From Myxococcales bacterium (GTDB lineage Bacteria; Myxococcota_A; Polyangia; Polyangiales; DASUME01): a stretch of 64,000 nucleotides of DNA. This document shows positions 57,684 to 64,000 of this stretch, piece after piece. The notes beneath the pieces were generated by a model. That model was given only the letters and a program-made list of their open reading frames with translations, ran no database searches and was not told where the DNA came from. A program made the translations under genes and the position numbers. The stretch spans positions 8,832,001-8,896,000 of the forward strand of contig JASGJH010000001.1 of the NCBI GenBank assembly GCA_047601445.1, read 5' to 3'. Position 1 is the stretch's first letter. Every line of letters starts with the position of its first letter.

Positions 57684-58613
57684 ATGGGATTGATAACTGC
57701 CGATTTGCGCGACGTTCGTTACTTCGCGGCCGTGGTGGAGCAGGGCTCACTGAGCCGAGCCGCCGATGTCCTCAAGGTCTCCCAGCCCACCTTGAGCCAC
57801 GCCATTGCCCGCCTGGAGGACAGCCTCGGCGGGGCAGTCTGGCGCCGCACGGGCAACCGGCGCGCTGGCGTGGTGCCCACCGAGCTCGGTCAGCGCGTGC
57901 TCGAGCGCGGGGGAAGGGCCCTGGCCGAGCTCGATGCCCTCTCCAAGGATGCGGCCCAGCTGCGCGGACTGGAGGCCGGGGAGCTGCGCGTGGGCTGCGT
58001 GCAGTCTCTGGCCTCCACCGTGTTGCCCGCCTGGGTGTCGCGCTTTTTGGAGGAGCACCCGGCCATCGTGCTCGAGCTGCCCCTGGTCACGTCCGAGTCG
58101 GCAGCGGGCCTGGTTCGGGACGGCAAGCTCGACGCGGCCCTGGTGGTCGGCCCGGCGCCGGCCGAGCCTCACTTGAAGCGGCTGCGCTGCGGCGAGCAAG
58201 AGCTGGTGCTGGTGGTGCGCTCGGACCATGCGCTGGCGCGGGACCGGGAGGTGGCGCTGGCGGAGCTGGCGGAGGAGCCCTTCGTGTTCGTGCCGGCGGG
58301 GACCTTCGCGGCCGTGGCCATCGAGGAGCTGTGCCGACGCGCTGGCTTCACGCCGAGGGTTCGCGCGCGCCTGGCGTCCATCAGTGGTCTGTGCGCGCTG
58401 GTGCGAGCCGGCGTGGGCATCACCATCCTGCCCGAGGGGTCGGTCTCCGCGGGTGAGCGTGACCTGGTGGAGATCAAGTTCGCGCGCGCCCAACCGCGGC
58501 GGGCGGTGCACCTGGTCTGGCGGGCGGACGTGCTCCCCAGCCCTGCTTTGAGCGCCTGGTTGAAGATGGGCAGCGAGCTCGTGGCGCCTGGCAAGCCCGA
58601 GCGGCGACGCTAG
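57684..58613 (+). CDS. LysR-family transcriptional regulator, divergent from leuC
   Basis: YFAAVVEQGSLSRAADVLKVSQPTLSHAIARLE; substrate-binding domain; AT-rich intergenic segment upstream. Confidence 0.95.
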   Translation: MGLITADLRDVRYFAAVVEQGSLSRAADVLKVSQPTLSHAIARLEDSLGGAVWRRTGNRRAGVVPTELGQRVLERGGRALAELDALSKDAAQLRGLEAGELRVGCVQSLASTVLPAWVSRFLEEHPAIVLELPLVTSESAAGLVRDGKLDAALVVGPAPAEPHLKRLRCGEQELVLVVRSDHALARDREVALAELAEEPFVFVPAGTFAAVAIEELCRRAGFTPRVRARLASISGLCALVRAGVGITILPEGSVSAGERDLVEIKFARAQPRRAVHLVWRADVLPSPALSAWLKMGSELVAPGKPERRR

Positions 58614-58633
58614 GAGCCCGAACTCGAACCGGA

Positions 58634-59629
58634 CTAACCCTTGAGCATGCCGCGCGCGTCGAAGTACGCGATGGCGTCGCTCAACGTCTCGGAGAACGGG
58701 CGGAAGCTCGCGCCAAGTTCGCGCGTCGCCTTGGCGTTGCTGAAGTATCCGGGCTTGAGCGCGTAGCTCATGTACTCACGGGTGACCTCCGGCTCCTTGC
58801 CCGCGCGCGTCGCAGCGAAGTTGATGCCCGAGAGGGCGGCCTGGGCCACGAAGCCGGGCACCCAGTGCGGCTTGGGCAGGTCGCGCCCCGAGGCCGCGAT
58901 GACGGCCTTGCTGAACTCCTCATTGTCCAGGTTGTGCCCGCTCGCCACGTAGACCTGGCCAGGCTTGCCCTTTTCCGCCGCCAGCACGTGCACGCGCGCT
59001 GCGTCCCGCACGTCGACGTAGCAGAAGCCGCCCGGGGTATAGGCGGGCGCGCGCCCTCGGCAGATGTTGATGATGAGCCTGCCCGAGGGAGTCGGCGTGA
59101 GATCTCCAGGGCCGAGCACGATGGCGGGGCACACCACGCGCACGTCGAGGCCCCAGTTCGCGAAATCGAGCGCCGTGAGTAGGCTCAAATGCTTGGTGCG
59201 GCTGTAGTGGAAGTTCAAATCCCAGGCTTCGTAGGGCGTGTTCTCGTCGGCCAGCTCGCCCTCCGCGGGGCGCCCTAACGCCACCACGCTCGCGGTGTAC
59301 ACGACCTTGCTCACGCCGGTGCGGCGCGCGGCCTCGAGCATGTTGAACGTGCCGCGCATGTTGACCTGATACATGGGGCTCGGGTCCGCCATGTAGTCCT
59401 TGTAGATGGCGGCGCAGTGGTACACGACGTCCATGCCCGTGCAGGCGTTCAGAGCGTCCTTGGGCGACAGCACGTTGCCTCGCAGCACCTCCACTTTGGC
59501 GCCTTCGAGATTGTCCAGGTGCTCGTTGGGGAGCGCGAGCACGCGGACCTCCGCCTCACGCGCCAGTAGCTCCTTCACGATGGCGCTGCCGAGAAAGCCA
59601 GCGCCGCCCGTCACCAATGCCTTGAGCAT
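58634..59629 (-). CDS. NAD-dependent epimerase/dehydratase (HpnA/dihydroflavonol-reductase-like)
   Basis: LVTGGAGFLG, HCAA, YSRTK (YxxxK), GPGDLTPTPSG, VDVRDAA. Confidence 0.9.
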   Translation of the reverse strand: MLKALVTGGAGFLGSAIVKELLAREAEVRVLALPNEHLDNLEGAKVEVLRGNVLSPKDALNACTGMDVVYHCAAIYKDYMADPSPMYQVNMRGTFNMLEAARRTGVSKVVYTASVVALGRPAEGELADENTPYEAWDLNFHYSRTKHLSLLTALDFANWGLDVRVVCPAIVLGPGDLTPTPSGRLIINICRGRAPAYTPGGFCYVDVRDAARVHVLAAEKGKPGQVYVASGHNLDNEEFSKAVIAASGRDLPKPHWVPGFVAQAALSGINFAATRAGKEPEVTREYMSYALKPGYFSNAKATRELGASFRPFSETLSDAIAYFDARGMLKG

Positions 59630-59836
59630 TCGAATCCCCGTCCTAGCGCGGCACAGCTCTCCGTCTGCGACGCGTCGATGCGACGGGCTCTGCGGACCCG
59701 CCAGGGGACCCATGCTTGGGCATGCCTCGCGGGATGGCAAGCCGAGAAGGCCGCGTTAGCGTGGCGCGTCAGCAAGCGGGTGCGGCGCGTCAGCGGGCTC
59801 TGCCGACGGGCTCGTGCGCCGCGTACGACGGGTTGC

Positions 59837-60592
59837 TCAGTAGGCGCCCCGCCCGGTGACCACGGCCGGGATCGTCTCCATCAAGATCTTGAGCTCCTCC
59901 ACCGGGCGCACCTTGTCGATGTACTCGATGTCGAGCGCGACCTGTTCGTCGAAGCTGAGGTTGCTGCGACCCCGTACCTGCCAGAGGCAGGTGAGACCCG
60001 GCTTGACCTCGAGGCGCCGCAGCGCGCGGTTGTCGTAGAGGGCCACTTCGCGCCACACCGGCGGGCGCGGCCCGATCAGGGTCATGTCCCCCTTGAGCAC
60101 GTTGAAGAGCTGCGGCAGCTCGTCGATAGAGAACTTGCGCAGCACACGTCCGACCGAGGTGATGCGGGGGTCGCGCACCATCTTGAACCGCACACCATCG
60201 ACCGCGTCCTGGTGCTGCTTCACGAGCTGGTCCTTGAGGGCGTCGGCGTTCACCACCATGGTGCGAAACTTCCACATGGTGAAGCGCTGCCCGCCGCGCC
60301 CGATGCGCTCCTGGCCGAAGAACAGGGGCCCCTTGCTGTTGAGGCGGATGGCGACCGCGGCGCACAGCAGCAGCGGCAGCAAGCACAGTAGGCCGAGGCT
60401 AGTGGCGGTCACGTCGACGGCCCTGCGAAGGCGAGGGCCCTGGGCGTCCCGCAGCAAGCCGGCTTCGAGCCGCACGCGCCGGGCCGTGCGCTGCCAGCTA
60501 CGCGGGGCGCGCACCTTTTGGATCGCAGCATCGCTGGGGCCCGTGAGGGCCGCGGGGGTACATGCGGAGGCCAGCAAGCGCTGTTGGGTCAT
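59837..60592 (-). CDS. Bacterial sugar transferase (polyprenyl-phosphate phosphoglycosyltransferase)
   Basis: KFRTM, DPRITSVGRVLRKFSIDELPQLFNVLKGDMTLIGPRP, KPGLT.LWQV. Confidence 0.93.
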   Translation of the reverse strand: MTQQRLLASACTPAALTGPSDAAIQKVRAPRSWQRTARRVRLEAGLLRDAQGPRLRRAVDVTATSLGLLCLLPLLLCAAVAIRLNSKGPLFFGQERIGRGGQRFTMWKFRTMVVNADALKDQLVKQHQDAVDGVRFKMVRDPRITSVGRVLRKFSIDELPQLFNVLKGDMTLIGPRPPVWREVALYDNRALRRLEVKPGLTCLWQVRGRSNLSFDEQVALDIEYIDKVRPVEELKILMETIPAVVTGRGAY

Positions 60593-60607
60593 GGTGCAAG
60601 TGCACAA

Positions 60608-60623
60608 AGCAAGCGAAATGCCA
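60608..60623 (-). promoter_or_regulatory. Putative sigma54 (-24/-12) promoter of the sugar transferase gene
   Basis: Minus strand reads TGGCATTTCGCTTGCT, with GG and GC at canonical spacing. Confidence 0.65.
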
Positions 60624-60812
60624 GGCCAAAAAGGCACATCCGCGCACCCTGTGTACCCATACTGTGTGCCCTGGCGCGCAAAATTATCGACTGACGGTGA
60701 CGCCTTCGTTCTCAATCGAGAGTGCGGCTGGCAACCCGCCTAGCCATGGCTGGCAACTCGTGTGGCCGCTCTCACGAACGTGAGCGTAACAACCCCGCAC
60801 TGTGACGAGGTG

Positions 60813-62049
60813 TTACGCCCCAGTGTTGCGCTTTGACGGGCGGTTGGATGTGCTCGCGCTGGAGGTGGTGCTGGCGACGCCGGACGCCATCGAACGTGTG
60901 GTCGAAGGGCCGGCGAGGGGCTCGCGCGCCTCCACGTTCACCATCACCCCACTGCGTTCGAGCTGAGGCGGAATCGAAACGATCACCCGATTACCGCCGG
61001 CGCGCTTGGCCGCGTAGGCCTCGGCATCGGCGCGCCGCAACAACGACGCCACGTCGTCATCGGCGCGAGCCATGGTCAAACCTACGCTCGCGGTGACGGG
61101 GGTTTGCGACCAACGCTCCTTGCCGACCCGTTCCACGGCCTGCACCACGCGCTCGGCCACCGGCAGGAAGCCGTCGACTGCCGAGATCGGGTAGCACTAC
61201 CACGAATTCGTCGCCGCCGTAGCGGGCCACCAGGTCCACGGCTCGCGTCTCATTCGTGAGCGCGTTGGCGATGTCCATCAAGAGCAGGTCGCCTGCATCG
61301 TGACCGAGCTCGTCGTTCACGCGCTTGAACCCGTCCAGGTCGATCATCATCACCCCGCAGCGGGCCCCCCGCGCCACCCGGTCGAGTTGTCGCCGGAGCT
61401 CGTTCAAGAGGTGGCGGCGATTGAACAGGCCAGTTAGCTCGTCCAAGTGGCTGAGCTCCGCGAGCCGCTGGTTCATGCGATCGAGGGCCAACATCTGGCG
61501 CAGAACGATGCTCGTGCTCATCAGCACGCTCATGGCCACCAGGGTGCCGCTGGCCACCAGCTGGGGCAAAGGCGGCAGGGGCTGCGGGCGGGCTGGCGCG
61601 TACTGAAAGAGGTTCAGCGCGCAGAGCAAGAGCAAGCCCACGTAGACCACCGAACCCAGGGCCGCCAGGCGCATCGAGACGCGGGAGCGCGACAGGGAAG
61701 ACGCCGCGTTCACGACCGGGATCAATAGATAGAGGAAGGGCACCACGCTGGAGGCCGCGCCGAGCAGGTACACCACGTAGGTCAGGAAGGCGATGTCGAC
61801 GATTCCCATGAAGAGACTGCGCCGATCGCCCGCGGCCCAGCTCTTGTGGATCATCCACTGAAAGATCAGCGCGATGACCAGGTTCAGGACGAACACCCCG
61901 TGGGTCTGGGTCATCCCCGGGAAGACGCTGTCCGCGAACGTGACCGCGGCCATGGCGAACGCCACGCGCACCAAGCCCGCACGGCGACTCGCGCTATGCC
62001 GGCGATCGATTCGACTGTGGGCGGCGGCAATCACGGCGGACAGGCTCAA
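60813..62049 (-). CDS. Membrane-bound diguanylate cyclase (GGDEF), split by a 1-nt insertion near 61180
   Basis: Multi-TM N-terminus; DELTGLFNRR, DLDGFKRVND, RYGGDEF; the C-terminal SVG...ADAEAYAAKRAGGNRV lies in another frame. Confidence 0.8.
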
Positions 62050-62231
62050 AACGGTCGAGAGTTCCCGCTGCGGCCAGCGGAGACAGGAGTGTACTTTGCT
62101 TGGCTGAACTACGCCCTAAGTGGCCTGGGCAGCAAGGCTACTGTGCAGTAAGGTTCTTTTTCTGTGCGCTCCTGTACGAGGCACGAGCAGCTGAGGCGCG
62201 TGCGCCGTGATCCAGGTTTCGTGAGCCCAGC

Positions 62232-63596
62232 ATGACCGAGCTTCGTTTCGTTTTGGGGACGTTGGAGTTGCGTGGGCTGTCACGCAATCAGATCGCGCTG
62301 CCCGAAGGGGTCAGCTGGGATCCGCGCTCCGAGTGCTACCGCGCAGAAGCCCGTTTGTACGCCGATTTGCTGCGGGTCCTGGTGCGCTCCGGGACGCCCT
62401 ACGAGGATCTGGCCCGCGCCTATGCGGAGCTGACAACTCCCGTTGTCGTGGCGCGCGAACCGCGGCCCTATCAGCGCGAGGCCCTCACGGCTTGGGAGCA
62501 GGCGCGCAGCGCGGGAATCGTAGTGCTGCCCACAGGTGCCGGAAAGTCGCAGTTGGGCGTGATGGCGATCGAAAAAAAGCGCCGCAGTACCCTCGTCGTG
62601 GCGCCGACCCTCGACCTCGTACGCCAGTGGTACGACCTGCTCAGAACGAGCTTTGGAACCGAGGTCGGTATCGTCGGCGGGGGCGAACACCGGGTCTTGC
62701 CGCTCACCGTAACCACCTACGATTCCGCGTATCTGCACATGGAGAACCTGGGCAACCGGTTCGGCTTCGTGATCTTCGACGAGTGCCACCACTTGCCGAG
62801 CGAGAGCTACGCCATGGCGGCGCGCCAGTGCCTGGCCCCCTTCCGCCTCGGGCTGAGCGCTACCCCCGAGCGCGCCGACGGTCGCGAGGAGCTCCTGCGC
62901 GGCCTGGTGGGCAACACGGTGTACCGCCGAGAGATCGTCGAGATGAGCGGCGAGTATCTGGCCGAGTACGAGACCGAGCGACTGGCAGTTTCCTTCTCGC
63001 CGGAGGAGCGCGCCGAATACGAAGCCGAGCGAGCGATCTACCTGGCCTTCGTGCGGGCCCAGGGCATCCAGATGGGATCACCGCAGGGCTGGGGCGAGTT
63101 CATCATGCGCTCCTCGCGCAGCGAGCAGGGGCGGCGCGCGATGCGGGGCTACCGACGCCAGCGTGAGCTGATGTTCGCGGCGCCGGCCAAGCTCGACTAT
63201 GTGGAGGAGCTGTTGCACCAGCACCGCCGGGAGCGCTCCATCGTGTTCACCCAGGACAACGCCACGGCCTACGCCATCTCGCGACGCCTGCTGATCCCGG
63301 CCATCACGCACCAGACCAAGGTGAGCGAACGCAGCGAGATCCTCACGCGGCTGAACGGCGGGGTGTACTCGGCGGTGGTGACCTCCAAGGTCCTGAACGA
63401 AGGCGTGGACGTGCCCTCGGCCAGCGTGGCCATCGTGGTTTCGGGCAGCGGCTCGGTGCGCGAGCATGTCCAGCGGCTGGGCCGCATCCTGCGCAAGCAG
63501 GGCGACAAGCGCGCCATCCTCTACGAGCTCATCACGGCCAACACCGGGGAAGCCTTCACCAGCGAACGCCGGCGGGAACACAGTGCTTACCGCTGA
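62232..63596 (+). CDS. Superfamily II DEAD/DEAH helicase (XPB/Rad25-like)
   Basis: RPYQREA, LPTGAGKS, DECHH, LSATPER, VLNEGVDVP, QRLGRILR. Confidence 0.92.
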   Translation: MTELRFVLGTLELRGLSRNQIALPEGVSWDPRSECYRAEARLYADLLRVLVRSGTPYEDLARAYAELTTPVVVAREPRPYQREALTAWEQARSAGIVVLPTGAGKSQLGVMAIEKKRRSTLVVAPTLDLVRQWYDLLRTSFGTEVGIVGGGEHRVLPLTVTTYDSAYLHMENLGNRFGFVIFDECHHLPSESYAMAARQCLAPFRLGLSATPERADGREELLRGLVGNTVYRREIVEMSGEYLAEYETERLAVSFSPEERAEYEAERAIYLAFVRAQGIQMGSPQGWGEFIMRSSRSEQGRRAMRGYRRQRELMFAAPAKLDYVEELLHQHRRERSIVFTQDNATAYAISRRLLIPAITHQTKVSERSEILTRLNGGVYSAVVTSKVLNEGVDVPSASVAIVVSGSGSVREHVQRLGRILRKQGDKRAILYELITANTGEAFTSERRREHSAYR

Positions 63597-64000
63597 CCTG
63601 GTGCGCACCCGAAAGAAGGGCGGGGAGCTCTTCGTCACCGAGCTCAGCGACAAGCTGCGGCCGCGCGCGCTCGAGCTCGCGCAGGACTACGTGGCGTTGG
63701 CCGAGGCCCACGTGGGGGCGAGCCGCGCCGAACTCGAGGAGGCCTGGGAGGGGGTCAAGGTCGGCGCCAGTGAGCGGAAGCTGGCGCTCGGACTGTGCAA
63801 GCTGGTGGAAGACCGCGTGCAGTTCGACGTGCAGAGCGAGCTCGATCCGCGCCTTCTGCGCAGCGAGGTGTTCGAAGCGGCCGCCGCCGAGCGCGCGGCC
63901 GTGAGCGACGACGGGAGCTTCGACCGCTCGGCGTTCTTGGCAGGGCAAGCTGCCCAGCGCGGGCTCACGCCAGAGCAGCTGGAGCGCGCGCTCTACGCCG
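63583..64000 (+). CDS. DUF790-family (Bax1-like) putative endonuclease, 5' part (runs off the window)
   Basis: GTG 63583 overlaps the helicase end; translates to MLTADLVRTRKKGGEL...KLALGLCKLVEDR...LERALYA; open to the window end and absent from the ORF track. Confidence 0.75.
   Translation, partial: MLTADLVRTRKKGGELFVTELSDKLRPRALELAQDYVALAEAHVGASRAELEEAWEGVKVGASERKLALGLCKLVEDRVQFDVQSELDPRLLRSEVFEAAAAERAAVSDDGSFDRSAFLAGQAAQRGLTPEQLERALYA

Overview
High-GC bacterial chromosomal segment. The gene set (ECF sigma factor plus FecR/TPR pairs, many lipoproteins, FadL and TonB-dependent outer-membrane proteins, PilZ/GGDEF/EAL proteins, a DUF790-helicase pair) suggests a myxobacterium (Myxococcota); this is inference. 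It holds about 53 protein-coding genes. I found no rRNA, tRNA, CRISPR array, transposase or prophage. Recognisable housekeeping genes are an ATP-dependent DNA ligase, orn, nth, leuC/leuD, an ABC-F ATPase, and a cobalamin riboswitch ahead of a BtuB-like receptor, with a BtuCDF-like ABC transporter nearby. The best candidate for an undescribed system is the tightly coupled operon at 33301-41924. It encodes three paralogous large lipoproteins sharing an unrecognised ~550-aa domain, followed by a FadL-family channel, and it is divergent from an SCP2 lipid-carrier gene with a possible kissing-loop leader. Other highlights are a eukaryote-like bifunctional 6-phosphofructo-2-kinase/fructose-2,6-bisphosphatase next to a HipA/PI3K-like kinase-motif protein, a single-chain GT2-GtrA-GT-C fusion, a dispersed structured repeat family with compensatory changes, a sigma54-type promoter with a putative enhancer, and repeated leaderless-gene signatures. 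Two genes carry single-base frameshifts that may be assembly errors. All calls come from reading motifs; no database searches were run.
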